NCBI GenBank assembly: GCA_012295275.1
Contig: CM022665.1
Coordinates: 26,040,001-26,104,000 of the forward strand
Length of the DNA: 64,000 nucleotides
Origin: Chrysomallon squamiferum
Taxonomy: Eukaryota > Animalia > Mollusca
Direction: 5' to 3'
Position numbers and translations under genes: made by a program. A model generated the notes under the pieces. It made no database searches. It saw only the letters and a program-made list of their open reading frames with translations, and was not told where the DNA came from. Positions 24,756 through 39,975 of this stretch are shown one piece after another (the stretch's first letter is position 1; each line of letters starts with the position of its first letter).

Positions 24756-26587
24756 TTTTCCTCATATGCGAGAACGAACAGGTAAAAAAAATAAAAATAC
24801 AGGGTACATTTAGCATATAACAATTTAGTAACTGCAGATTTAAAATATATTTAAATTCTGGCCTTCGTTCTTGGCCCAGAATAAATATAAAAATATCTGT
24901 GTATTTCCAAAACTGTAGCATGGTAATAATCGTATTTTTATTTCTACAAAAATTCACATTTCATAAGAACCGTTTTTGTCGTTTTTAATCCTATACGCTA
25001 TGTGTTTTCTTTAAATACGTTTTCATTTCCATTATACCCGTGCTTTGTTTCTTCAGTCACTTTCAAATTTCGGTTTGCTGCTAAGCATGATATTCATCTA
25101 ATACAAAGTCGCTGTCATTCAATAACTAAACAGTAAGAAAAGCCACAGAGTTTGTCTTTTACTGGTTTAGAATTTAGACATTTTGAAAGTATTTATTCTT
25201 TCTTCAAATCAGTACTGAATAATTATGCATTCATTTTCTCAGTGATCCAAATATTAGTTTATTTCTGTGGATTTATTTCATCAGGAATTGTTGACATGGT
25301 ATCTGAAGAACCAACCTACTGGTTTAGAGATTAAACATTTTGAAATTTTGTATTTTTTTTTTTTCCCCCCCGTTTCTTGGGATTGTGTGCAGAACAGACA
25401 CTCTGCTATTACATCAATGAACAAGTTCCATTATTTCAAATCAGAGAACATTGCTTATCACCATGGCCTTGAGAAAAAAAAAAAATCGAACAACATACCA
25501 GATATAATGTGAAGATAAAGACTGCAAGACTGTTTCTTCCCAAACAGAAAGTCAAACATGACGTTTTCACGTACTTGCAAACAAGAAAGATTAAAAGTCA
25601 GTCAACGGTTCAGTGTCTAAATTCATGTAAAAAGAAGAACTTTCAATTTCATTTTCATTTTCTTTTCTCTTTTTATTTTTCATCTTTTTTTTATATTGTT
25701 GTTGTTGTCATTGGTGTTATTTTTTTCTGGAGAGTTATGTCCCTTGCCAATAATCAATTTTAATTTTTATGACCTTTTCTGTTGAAAGCAATGGAATTTG
25801 AAAAAAAAAAAAAAAAATTTGTATGAATGTTTTGATAAACAGAATATAATTTTAAATAAACTTTTAGGCTAGTGTTACTGTTTGTCTTATATAGTAAATA
25901 TTATTAAAAAAAAAAAAAAAAAAAAAAAAAATTAAGTCATAAGGTCCTAGAATCAATTATCATCTGAATGTAAAAAGGCGCCATTTGCAAATACTCACCT
26001 TAATTCTCCAATTCAAAGATGAATTGCATATTAAAATAACATTTCTGTGTAAATCCTGTTTTTTAAATTTAGCTTAACTGCTTTAACATAACTTTTGAAA
26101 ATCACCAGATTTAATAATTCAAGTGATTCATTTTTAAGTAATAAAACGAATTTAATATAATTCTAAAACTGAACTGATTCAAAAACAAAGTTCCACATGC
26201 TTTTGCTAATAAAAAATAAAAATAAAAATAAATTAAAATAAAATAAAATAAATAAATAAGTAAGTAAATAAATAAATAAATAAATAAATAAAATAAAATA
26301 AAATAAAATAAAATAAAATAAAATAAAATAAAATAAAATAGATAAAAAAATGTTTTTAAAAAACTGTGCACGAGAATGAAATCTCAGTTTTTATCTGTAT
26401 TACTCAACTAAGATATTTTTTTTTTATTATTATTTTGCTATCAGTAACTTCGTGACAGCCAGAGATCCTTTCCCTACGTCATAGGTAACTTTACAATAAC
26501 AACAACAACAACAACAACAACCAAAAAAAATTAGGATAACATGATCGAATGAATGTTTGTTTTATTTATATTATATGTTAGATGTGA

Positions 26588-26618
<31 letters not shown>

Positions 26619-27188
26619 TTATCAGGTCAAAAAGGCCAGAGTTTTTTTTTTTTTTATTTTTTTTTTTAAACTTTATTTTTATTACCAGATTCTGGGTAAT
26701 TATATCCCTTCTCAGTGATTGATTGTAACCAGTCAATCCAAAGGCTAATAAATGTTTAAAGTAAGTCACTGCAACAGAAATAAAATATGGATTTTATATT
26801 TCAGTGTATCTGATAACGTCTGTCAAAAGCTTTATAAATGATTAATATTGGTGAAAATGTCTTTTGTAAGGATCCAAGAAAGATAACTCTAATCATCCTA
26901 GTAATCAGAAATATCGCAAATATCGCAGAAACAGTCGACCAAGAACGGGATAAAAAGTCCTTAAGATATTAATTCAGGTTTTAAGATTTGTGGAGAGATT
27001 TAAATAAAATGCTGTGGAATTTAAATATTATTTAAATTTCTTTCTTTATTTATTATTAAATAAGAAAAACAAATCTTCAGAGACGAGAGGTTGTGAATGA
27101 TGTACACTGGGACATGCACTGGATTAATAATTATTACAAAATTTGTCTATGCGAGTGGACATATGGATGTCTGGTAATATTATTTATT

Positions 27189-27235
<47 letters not shown>

Positions 27236-27247
27236 GTGCGTGCGTGT

Positions 27248-27352
27248 GTGTGGCGCTAATGTTATAGTTTAATAATTTAATATTATTGAACTCATGTAAA
27301 AAACATTATAAAGCATGTGAAGACTTATTTATCTCTCCTTGGTGGCTTACAT
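27248..27352. repeat. ~100 bp dispersed repeat, copy 2
   Basis: Highly similar to 17931-18032, same orientation and flanking microsatellites. Confidence 0.85.
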
Positions 27353-28161
27353 TTATTTATTTATTTATTTATTATTATTATTATTTACTTTATATGTAAA
27401 CGGTATTAACTTATATTAAGACACACACACTGATAGACATTTAATAAAAACAACGACAACAAAGAGAACAACAACAACAACAACAACAATAAGAAGAAGA
27501 AGAAGAAGAAGAAGAATAGCAACAGCAACAAAAATACAACATTAATAACACCGACTTAATTAAAAAACCAAAAACTAAATATAGAAGAAAAAACAACAAC
27601 GCAAAAACAACTACCAGAGAAGACAATGAAGTTTTAAATATCTCCGTTAGTTAGCGTTTTAATCTTTGTTGTATGGCGTACATAGCAGGGAGTCGTGGAC
27701 GTCGGTGTCTCTGTCCCCGCCCCAGGTGTCAGGTCAAACTGACACAGGTAACGCACAATGCGGGTTACTTCCAGCAGCTTCCGAAAGACAAGCTTATTAT
27801 TTCTGGCGCTAGTTAAACACGGGCACGTGCCGGGGTTTAATACGGTACAACATCGCTGATTCGCTGAAGCGGGAAGTTTCGAAAACCAATACTGGTCATT
27901 TATTGGCTGGGCAGGTGTCGAGGTGGCGCGATTTTAATGAGTTGTTCGGTAGTAATGGCCGCGCTAATGGTCATACCGCACTGTTAAAAACCCGGGGTGT
28001 CTTATCCGTCTTTGTTCCCGTCTTGATTACACAAATGAAGCATGATAAACAGGAAATTAGCACGTGGGCTTAGTTTCAGTGTTCAGAGATGACGTTTGAA
28101 TTTTATTTTTGAATTATTTTATGGCTAATTATATATAAAGTTATTTTTGTAAATAGCAACA

Positions 28162-28195
28162 TTTTTTTTTTTTTTTTTGCTGGTTAATATCGTGG

Positions 28196-28234
<39 letters not shown>

Positions 28235-28358
28235 CATCATCATCATCATCATCATTATTATCGTCACCATCATTATCATCCACTTTTTTTAAAAACAATT
28301 TTTTTTTTTTTTTTTTGCTGGTTAATATGGTGGATTTATTATTATTATTATTATTATT

Positions 28359-28399
<41 letters not shown>

Positions 28400-28429
28400 T
28401 ATTATCGTCACCATCATTATCATCCACTT
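28162..28429. repeat. Two-copy tandem duplication (~135 bp) of a compound microsatellite unit
   Basis: polyT-GCTGGTTAATATSGTGGATT-(ATT)n-(ATC)n-ATTATCGTCACCATCATTATCATCCACTT occurs twice. Confidence 0.85.
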
Positions 28430-28764
28430 AATAATTCGGTTTATTATTTTTATTTAACGTTTAGACTTTTGCAATGAAATTTGCTATTAAAAAGGAACCT
28501 GAAGAAGAAGACTAACAACAACAGCTACAAATGAACAATAGTATTTGTATTTTATGTCACGCCTTCATAAACAATATCCTTTATAATTAACGTCATTAAA
28601 TATTAGAGCGCCATGTGTAATTTCCGTGTAATAACTCGACATGTTGCATAAACTGGTCCCATTTATTGTCTTTATGTGGTTCAGCTGAACCAAAAATAAT
28701 TATAAATTAATTATTTATTTATTTATTTATTATTACTATTTTATTATTATTATCATCATCGCCA

Positions 28765-28811
<47 letters not shown>

Positions 28812-29880
28812 GTTTTTTTTTTTATTATTATTATTATTACTATTATTTGTTTATTTTTTATTATTTTTATTATTATTAGTTTTCTTTCATCTCTACGAAA
28901 TTTGGCTGCACCCTTGTGAATCTGTTACATAAAGAAACGGAGAGATTGAATTCAGATTTTTCTTAATATTTTCTTTATACTGGTTGCGGGTTAATTTCCT
29001 ACATGTATGAAAATTTATGGTATATCGCATTTTGTCTTGAAAATCAAGAGAGAAAAAAAAAAAAAAAAAAAAAAACTTTCCAGTGATGATATAACATGTG
29101 AGTAGTTTATTCATTAATTCACATAATTATACCCATCCATATGTATGTGCGTGTGTGAGTGTGTGTGTGAATGTGTATGTATGTATGTGCATATAAATAT
29201 GTGTGTGATTATGTGTGTGAGCGTGCGCGTTTAAGTCTGCGCCACTGTACAGGCATATATATATATATATATATATTTACGTCTGTGTATGTTTTCGCAT
29301 ATTCTATTTATCAAAATCACAATTTTTAATAAATACTTTCATATAAAACGTACCACAAGCCTTACACAACAGTTACCTTTTATTAGTCGACTACAATGTT
29401 CGCCGCAAGCCTTTACTTAGTCAGACAATAGCACAGCATATTAACACGAGATTCGAGAGAATGCAATATCGATTACTCCCGCAAGAGAAATTCTTCGCTA
29501 GCAGTTGAAAAATGAGTCTGTATTGTTAGGTAAGCATTTTGGAAAACAAAAATTCTCAAAGGAGCCTAAAGAAATAGCTTACGTGAGATGTGTCGTAGAG
29601 ACAAATGAAATATTTTGTAAATATAAGTGTTAAGATGTATGGATTTGCGTGCAAATTGGCAATTATAAGGTCCGGAGATGCCATAGAAGTGCTGAGGAAT
29701 CTATCACAGTGTGACAGTATGTTCGCCGCCATTCAGGTAATGAGCCCTCGGAGGACTTCAACAGTATTGCTGGAGTTTTTAATTGCTTCCGATAAAAATC
29801 GAAGTGTGTTGTCATACGAGTTCATTTGTTAAAACCATTAAAGAACAGGCTAAAAGCCGATTATAAAAGATAATAAAAAA

Positions 29881-29927
<47 letters not shown>

Positions 29928-30079
29928 CTGTGTATATATTAGTGAATGATTGTATCGAAGAGGATGAAGGTAACAATGAGTTAATAAATAAATGTGTAAT
30001 GCCTTTTGAATACAACACTGCGAGTGCTTATGTGTGCGACAGTGTGTGTGTAATGTGATATGTATTTATATATGCATGC

Positions 30080-30142
<63 letters not shown>

Positions 30143-30473
30143 TATAAACTTCTAAAAATCGTAATTTTCAAACTTTGTTATTATTTTAATTTCAATTTAT
30201 ACAAATAATATTAGAGAGAAAGACTCAGAAGCAGAAGATTGCAGGAAGAATCTGCCACTTTTGGGATATGTCTCTCCTCAAACATTGCTTCCTGACTTGT
30301 TTATCTAAGGCTACGGTATGTATTCTCCTGCTTATGAAAAGGTGCATGAAAAGCATCTCTTGTCAATAGTAGCTGATTCCACAGCAGTACACGTCATTAC
30401 GTAACACTATTGCCTGTGTTAAGGCGTTTCATTAATATTCGTCATTTTGTATCAACTTCGGTAGGATGAAGTA

Positions 30474-30531
30474 CCGAGGGGATTCGATCCTGAAAACTGC
30501 CATGCTAACCTGACTCCTAACCACTGGACTA
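30474..30531 (-). mobile_element. Degenerate tRNA-derived SINE head
   Basis: Minus strand reads TAGTCCAGTGG (A-box-like), then ~30 nt, then GGATCGAATCC (B-box-like). No full cloverleaf. Confidence 0.5.
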
Positions 30532-32631
30532 TATATATACTGCATCCTGCGTCAATTCAGAAAGGGAAGCTGGTAGAACGTTTGACAACCTTGACTTATT
30601 TCTAAATTGCACACTTTATTTTTAAACTTTGTGCCGCTTCCTCACATGATAGATTGAGGAAGAACATGTCAGAAGTACCAGTCAATGTGGACAATTCCTC
30701 CAACCAAAGCCGCAGAAAGTGTGATTAATGCCTGGAAAAGTTCTCCGTAATAAATGATTACACATCGAATGTCAAGAGTTAAAACAAAAGGTTTATATTA
30801 GTCAAAGTCAGCAACATTTCTTACGTCTTCAGTTACAGTTTAATATTTATTGTCCTAATATAATATCTGAATTTTTAATTGTTTTAATTTTTATTTTGTT
30901 TTGTTTGGTTTTTTTAAATAAATAAAGAAAGAACAAATTATATAATAATAATAAAAAAAATAAACAAATAAATAAATTAAAAAATAAATAAAATTTAATA
31001 AATAAAAAATAACTATCAATTTATAAATTGACTGCTTGCGTTGTTATCCGTAAAATCTTCTTCTTCTTTTTTCTTTTTTTTCTTTTTAAATCAGCAGGCA
31101 GTGATCTATATTCCTGGTTTTTCGAAGGTATCTTTATCTAGTATGACTTCTAGTTGATAAATTATATGATACGAAACAAAGCACAGAATGTATTAATATT
31201 TAACACCCTTGCATGAACAGAAAGAAAACATCGAACTTGCAAATATTATAACAGATAAATACATGCTGAATTACGGAGATGTGAAATGCCCTAACTTACA
31301 AATTAAGAAAAATTATTCTTTAGTACTAATATATTCCGTTTAATTCAATGGTGTTGCTTATCAGTCTTTGGGAAGGTTTTTATAAATAATATTTTTCTGC
31401 TGATTGATAAAAGTTGATCGTAAAGTGAGAGCAGCGGTTTTATCTAACCAAACAATCATTATAAAAAAAATATCGTAAAATAAAAAAAAATTAAAAATTA
31501 AAGCACCCGTATAACGTCTAATAAACTTCAAAAATAAAAAAACAAAATCACGAAATACATGCCCTCGCAACAACAACGAAATAGGTTCATTTTGTCTACG
31601 TGAATCTTTTTATTATATCATTGAGAACGGAATAAATAATGAAGTGCTGTCACTTTTATTTACTATCATTATTATTTTGTCACGGACCTCACCCATCTGT
31701 GCAACGTGTCACCTTCCAATAACATGCAACACCAAGCCCGAACAACGCCAACGCTTTACGCGAAGCGTTTACCAGAAGACGACATTTATGACGTACACCG
31801 TAAATCAGTGCTCGTTTTAAGTTAACTTTTGCACAGGCGGCGTATTATTACTACTGTTTCATTTTTGTGTCGCCTACCAACTTGCGAGTTTTGCATGTGC
31901 CTGCAGACTAAAATTACCAACCTACCCACCTGTTACATGATAAGTGCTATGCATGACGTTTCTGATTTCCATTCTCTGTCTACTGCCAAGTGACAGCTTC
32001 TGCTTTCCAGGATGATGGTTTTAATAAGCATAACAGAGCATGTCCATCCAGGTGTGAAATCATTATGCGTATTCGGCGGTATGTTTGAAGGACGGTGTCG
32101 AAGAGGTGTTTGGAAGCTCGTTTCTCCGTCAACGCCAGTTTTGCAAAAACAACAGATGGTAAATAGGCTGTAGTAGTTTGATGTACGGTTGAATAGCAGA
32201 CTAACGTTTAAAAAATATATTAGCTGGATGTAAAAATGTTTCCAGCCGCGTTGAAGGATTTTATTATTTATGTGTTCAGTTATTGCAGCCTAATGATAGA
32301 GGCAGCTGCTGGTATGAATGATTCAAAGCCTGATTTAGTGAAATGGTAAAAATAATAAATTGAAAGTATTCACAACTCTGTGTTAGGGAATTGAGAGTGA
32401 AACATATTTTACTAAAGAATTATAAAACAAATAAAACAAAAAAAACAACAACAAATAAATAAATAAATAAATATATAAAACAAATGAACGAATGAATGAA
32501 TGAATAAATTAGAAAAAAACAAAGAGGAAAGTAAATAAAAAAGAGAACATTATGAAATGATCAAAACCACAAAACTCTACTCTGAATATTTTATGGTAAA
32601 CAGAATAAAATATTTATTATTATAATTATTG

Positions 32632-32691
<60 letters not shown>

Positions 32692-33412
32692 TTTTTCTGT
32701 TATTATTGAAGAAAAAAGTTAATTAAAATTAACATCTAAAGCAATCATTTAGAAAAACATAACAACAACAACAACAACAACAATAATAATAATAATAATA
32801 CAAACAAAATGATTAAAAAAAAAAAAAAAAAAAATCCAATTACACTTAAAAAAAAAAAAAAAAAATTCCCGTCTCTAAAATAGCCAAATGATTTCTGTGA
32901 GACGGTTTGTTACACGCGAACACACAAATGTTGTGTGATTGCCAGGGCGACAGCAGTTAGGCACATTACAACGTTGTTAAACGTTCTTTAGATTAACGGT
33001 GATCACATAACCACGGTCTGTGAGAAGGAGTCGTATCTCACCATCGCTGTTTCGCGTTCAATCTTGTCCGATAATTACAGACCCCAACTTTGATTTCAGA
33101 CATGATTTATGTTCTTGGCTGATGTTGTCGTCGTCGGAGATCACATCGAGTCTATCCGACGCTGTCGGGGACAGGTAGATGATCAATGCGACCGATACAA
33201 AGATAATTAAATGAAAATGAAAAGCGTAGTTACCTCGCTGTTTCGCCATAATTGAATAAGCATTCGTCACTTGTACAGGCATGATCAATAACGTTATATG
33301 AAAAACAAAAAGATGAAGAAAAGGATCGTTGCGTGATAAATATTTCTGATTGTGAAACATAGCTTTACATACTTATTGGGCGTGAGACACACACACACAC
33401 ACACACGCGCGC

Positions 33413-33483
<71 letters not shown>

Positions 33484-34344
33484 GAACAATATTACCTTTC
33501 CTTCTAATATTAGCAGCGGAGAATAAGGGAGATAACCTTTCATAACACCTTATACTTTCGAAGTTTTGAGAGAACCCATTGTCACTCAAACATGACAAAA
33601 TTTGGAACAATGAGAGCAGAACCCAACGACGTCAGTCATTATCATAATAATAATCACAGAGCAAATATACATATTAAAAGAATCCTTTCTGTGAATTTCG
33701 TTTTATCAGAATGCTGTATATAATAATAATAAGAAGAAGAAGAAGAAGAACAAATAGAAGAAGAAGAAGAAGAAAAATAATTTTGATTCATTATTGCCTT
33801 GATCATTATTAAAGACATTATTATCAACACGAAGTTTTTTCTTATTGTTAATATTATTATTATTGTTGTTGTTGTTGTTTCTGATGATGATGATGATGAT
33901 GCTGTTGCTGTTGTAATAGTAGTTGTCATCATCATCATTATTATTATGATAATGATTTTCTTCTTCATCACCATCACTTAAATAAGAAATAAGAAATTAA
34001 AAACAGAATAGAGTACCTGAAATAAAGCTTTTTCTTGAATGTATTATTATTATTATTATTATTATTTAGATAAGTTTTTCAGTAGATATTATGAACAGAT
34101 TTTGGTATTCTAAACTGTGAGTATCGACATGTCGCCCCCAGTGTTGGTATTATCTATTATTAATCAGTTTATCAGTAACCACACTGAATCTCACTCAGCC
34201 AATTGGGTCTAGTAGAAATCGCGTGATGACGTCATCAGTTGCTGTATTATCACAATTGTGGATGAATGTGGTAACAACAACCATTGCGACAATGATTTTT
34301 AGGTCATTTTATACTGATAAGGATCTGATTTTTTAATTAATTTT

Positions 34345-34410
<66 letters not shown>

Positions 34411-35577
34411 ACTGAGGGGTTTTTTACTTCTTTTCTTTTTAATTTTTTTTGTTTTTTGTTTTTTTTGTTGTTGTTTTGCTTCACATGGACTATAAGGTTT
34501 CGCATGAATGATTTGTCACCGAGTGATTACATCTAACCGTAACGTTGTGCAAGAACGATGACATCTCGTATCAAAGTGTTGACGTTGATAATGATAATTA
34601 TGTAGACAGGTCAGTTTATTAGTATTGTAATACGAGTTATCACCTTTACACACCTGACTTCTGACACAGAAACAAAGAACGAAAGAATATACGTATTAAT
34701 AAACGAAACAAAGATGAAAGCTTTTTCTAAAAAAAAAATGTATATAGGTTTAAAAATTGAATGATAATTATAATAAAGATGTTGGTAAAATAATAATAAT
34801 AATAAATACTGTTACTGCTACTACTATTACAATGGTGATGATGATAGTAAGACAACAGAAAGAAAAATAAAATTAAAGTAGTATTATACATATCAGTATA
34901 TTATGACAACTTATTTATAACGTCTGGTAAGGCAAATTAATATTATGTCTAATCTCTTTTGTTATTAACGAGAAAAGTGGCGAATTACGAAACCTTACTT
35001 CATGCTGGCTGGTATTTTCCTAAAAATTTTAAAATATAAAAAAACAAACTTATGTAAATAATAAGAAGAAGAAAAAGAAAAAGAAACAACAACAACAACA
35101 ATAATAAAAATTATAACAAGAAAATACGAATAAAGGAGCAGAAGCGAGAGTAATAATAACACCACTGCTGCTGCTACAACTACAACAACTACTACTACTA
35201 CTGATGATATCTATATATATATATTATTAAACAGTAGTTTTATAACTCATTTTTCTCACAGCTGAATATCGTTTCAGTGCACTGTTATTATGTCATAACT
35301 TCTGACGTCATTTCTACTTTATATATTACGTAATATATTGAATGACCACGAGTGGTGGAATGTGTTCAGCAGAAGATATGACATATTATTATTACTTGGG
35401 ATGTGGTATACAATAGCACAGCGCTTTCCACCTCATATATTAAACGTTTTAATTCATTACGCTAAACGATAAATAGTTTTACGCAATATTATATAACATT
35501 ACCGTGGATTCTAACAAGGCGTATTATTACTTGCTTTTTTGTTTTCACAAAAGAGTGCGCGTGCGCGCGCTCTCTCT

Positions 35578-35629
<52 letters not shown>

Positions 35630-36449
35630 CTAGAATTATTTTGTGTATTAATAACAGTCTGGCTTTATTTTATTGCATTATTTTAATACTGTTTTTATTA
35701 TTATTTTATGTAATTTTATTTTATTTGTTTTTATTTTATCACTTCATATCGCCGATTATCGTTTAATGTGATTATAAATCTTTCACATAAATTAATAATT
35801 AAACAGGAGAAAAATAAAACAAAAACCCATAAAAATGTTAAAAGCTCACTGACACAAACGAACAGTCGATATTTAATGCCTAAGAAATTAGACACAACAG
35901 TAATTTGAAAGCTTACACAGCACGCCTGTCTTGGCCACCATTCAATCGACTGTTGATAGTTACTTTTTTTATTTATATAAATATAAGAAGAAAAACATAC
36001 ATCTTAAAAATATTTACTTGCATGCATGTATATATGTACATATCCCTGTCTGTCTGTATCAATGTGTGCATATGCATGTGTATGCATGTGTGTGTGTGTA
36101 TGTATGTATGCATATATGTATGTATGCAAAATTAATAACTAAATTGTATAGTGTATTGCTTATTGAAAATAAGAATCTTGGTTAGTGTGCCTATTTTAGT
36201 AGACTATGGTTAAGGGCAGCGTAAAAACAAATATAAGTTTGTTCGTATTACCAGTCTAACAGGCCAAATGTAGAATTTACTGTTTTACACAAGACAAGTA
36301 TTAGTTAGACCCTTACGTTAATTTCGCATCATATTTAATAATTAACATAGAAACAATATGAATGGCAAATGCTTTTTGTAGTCATTTTGTTAAATGTATT
36401 TTACCAACACATAACGTTCATATTTTATTTTGTGAACTACGTGTATATC

Positions 36450-36735
36450 ATTTGTATATAAATTGCATACATCCTTTGTGTATAAATTACATACACATTA
36501 TTTGTGAATAAATTACATATACATTATTTGTGTATAAATTACACAAACATCCTAGATGTATAAATTACACAAACATCCTAGATGTATAAATTACACAAAC
36601 ATCCTAGATGTATAAATTACACAAACATCCTAGATGTATAAATTACACATACATCTTTTGTGTTTAAATTGTACATACATCCTTTGTGTATAAATTACAC
36701 AAACATCCTTTGTGTATAAATTGAATACATCCTCT
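36450..36735. repeat. Minisatellite, ~26-bp unit
   Basis: TGTATAAATTACACAAACATCCTAGA in near-perfect central copies with degenerate flanking copies, about 10 units. Confidence 0.9.
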
Positions 36736-37104
36736 TATAAAAATGCATGGAAGAATTAAAATGATTGCAGTTAATCACAAAATTATGCAAATAATGTTAA
36801 TAAAATATTTAAAATTTTAAATTTTCTGTAATTCTGTTGGTTCATAGATTATTAAATAGAAGGGGGTTGTTGTAATTTATACCGTATTAATGATGTATGA
36901 CGCACTGGTGAACTTTTCAACAATGGTTAAACATAATATAGGGGTTTTATTTTTCTTTCTTTTTTTTTCTTTTTTTAACGGGGTATGCGAATATTTAATG
37001 GGGTTTCATCTTCTTCTTCTGCTTTTTATTTTTAATTTATTTATTATTTCGTTTTTGTTTTTTGTTTTTTAAATTTTATATTTAATTTTATTTATTTTAT
37101 TTTA

Positions 37105-37168
<64 letters not shown>

Positions 37169-39944
37169 TTATTTTATACTTTTGGTTTTGTTTTGTTTTC
37201 AGATGAAATATACAAAATTGTATTTAAATGAAAAAAAAAAAAAAAAAGGAATAAAAAACCGCAAACAACTAATTGTATATTATATTCCTGGCATCAGTAA
37301 TTAACAAAAAAAAATAATCAAAAATAATTCTAATTCCCGACGACATTAAAATATTAATTCATTTTTATAATCATAGTAAGATCTTTTGTGACTTAAACAA
37401 AACATTAAACACTTTTCAAACGACACTCTCAATAAAATTTATAAAATTAATTTTCAACATTATTGTCTTGAAAATGAAAAAATATAAAAAATAAAAAGAT
37501 ACAAAATTCTTTGAAATTAATATTCCTAGACTCTTGCAATCGGTTTAATTTGGCATCGGTATTCTTTCGTTTTGAATTTTCAAACATTAACAGCGGCTTT
37601 ATACTGGTTAAAATGAACACACCTCTAACACAGCGAAGTATTGTCGCACTTTTTCGAGTCTAAATTTTCTCTTTGTGTTTTCCGAAATCACGTTTCTAAA
37701 TCAGGTTGAACTGTACGCAGACATGAGGGCCTGCCTTCGATATTTTTAATAGGCACACACGGGCTTTCAAAACCTCCCAGGAACAATACCTGCATGTCTC
37801 ATAGCGCACGCGCTGTCTTTTTCCCCAGCCACTCACGTGCGCTCGAGACAAGCAGGTGCGCCGTGATCATTGTAACGGCGGTAAAATCTTTCTCATCTCG
37901 ACTTTGAACTGGGAACACATGTTGGCATTCAGTATCGATCAGTCGGTTAGCTTCCTTCTACTTCTTTATGAAAATTTACAATAAATAGCAAAACAAGATT
38001 ACCGATGTGTTTCATTTTTCTCGACGTTATAAAGCTTTTTGTTTTCTCCTTCAAATCGACCACAATGTGAAATAAATTTATATTAACATGCTGGATCGGA
38101 AAAATTCATTTCTTTTTTTTTTTTTTTTTTTTTTTATTATTACTGTTATTTTATTGTTATTTTTTATTTATTTATTTTTTTTTTTTTTATTATTATTTAT
38201 TTATTTATTAATCGATGAGAGAAAGAAAAAAGATCAAATTCTTTTCTTTTCTTTTTTAAAGTATTTTTGTATTGCTGTTTTCATTTTTTCTTTAATATTA
38301 TTTTTATTTTATTACTTTTATTTCTTCATTTAATTAAAAATGAACTAAAAAAAAAAAAAAATGTTTGGTAGGAACTTATAAGATAAAGGTTTTTAAACTA
38401 GTCAGGTGAAAGAATCTAACAAAACCAAAAAGAAAATTAAAAATTAAAAATTTTAAAAATGTCATTATTCGTATTGTCCAGTTAGATATTATACATAACA
38501 ATTAAAAAGAGAATAAATTCTAGAACAAGAACGACAAAAAAGAAGAAAAAATGTTGAAAGATAAAGAAAAAAAACAAAAAAAAACTTCTCGTATTTAATA
38601 GAAATCACTCAACCATGAAAACAGAACACAAAGAATAACAAGAAATCGAATTCAATAACTTTCCATTTGAGCCTCAAAATATTTAATTTCAGTTCAAATA
38701 ATATTGTCTTTGAGAGAGAAATGGGGAGGAGGAAGTAAAAAAAAAAAAAATTAAAAAACAAAAAGAAAGAAAAGCAAAACAGAAGGAAAGTAAAGAAGAA
38801 ATAAAGAAAAAGGAAAGAAAAATTTAAAAGAATGAAAACGAAAGTTGTAAATTTGAAAAAGTTTTATTTTAAAATACATTGTGGATATTTGTTCAATGTG
38901 AACAGTTTTACAGAAATCAATATCTTGCTCGTTATAATTTGATTTGCTTGTTTTGATTTATTGTTGGGGTACTGCATTCCAGGAAACATCAGAGAATTCC
39001 AAACTTGGTCATTTCCCGAACGTCTCAATGCGTCGATGACTAAGATGGTGACAAAACGTGTCGTCACCGCCGCAGACGTTAATCGTGACGCATAGCGCGT
39101 GCAGTGACATCACCACTAAACGATGTCTTGTTGTGGCTATTTTTTTTCTCTCTCTCTCTCTTTATTAAAGATAATAATAATAATAATTTTTTTTTTTTTT
39201 TTTTTTTTTTCTTTGTTTTCATTAATAGTAAAATGGATAAATGTTAAATAACTATTATCATTTTGTACAAAAAAAAAAGTATTACGAATCGAAATTTAAA
39301 TTTAAATAAGTTATCGGGCAATGTCATTGCAATCCTGTTAAATTATTCAGGCCCTAATTTTTTTTTTTTTTTTTTTTTACTTATTAATACATTTAACTGG
39401 TCATCTGTATTGTTTCTTTTATGTAAATAAATAAATAAATAATAAAATAATAATAAAATAATAATAATAATATTAATAATAATATTTTATATTTACTCCT
39501 TTATAAGAACACCACAAAATTTAATTATAATACAGATAATGATACCTTAATGTAGGGAAAGTTGTATAGCTTTCGACATTTGTTTTATTAACTTGATTCA
39601 AGATTTCAGTCATACATATCCACCCATCTTTACTGAATTATTATTTACAATACATGTCACATGGATTTTTGAGCCAAAATGGATTTTTATGTAACTTAAT
39701 ATTGAATAATCTTCCGTAACAGCTTACAGCTTTAATTGCTTTAAATATGAGACGATTCCATTAGTTGATTGTTTATTTTACACTCATCGAAATTTGAATC
39801 ACACAGACACGGGATTTAGAGCTCAGTAAATTTCACAGCTATTTATTAGAGCCACAAGAAACAAATAATCCAGATTATGTAATACAATATTCAACACAGT
39901 GTAACAGACTTAATGAAAATATATAAACATATTAGATGGGCACC

Positions 39945-39975
<31 letters not shown>

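Noticed and set aside
30474-30531. tRNA gene
   Set aside because: Only A- and B-box-like motifs; no acceptor or anticodon stems.
33058-33360. 100-aa minus-strand ORF with hydrophobic stretches
   Set aside because: No recognisable domain or splice context; more likely a non-coding island.
36450-36735. Regular 26-bp repeats as a CRISPR-like array
   Set aside because: No unique spacers and eukaryotic context; ordinary minisatellite.
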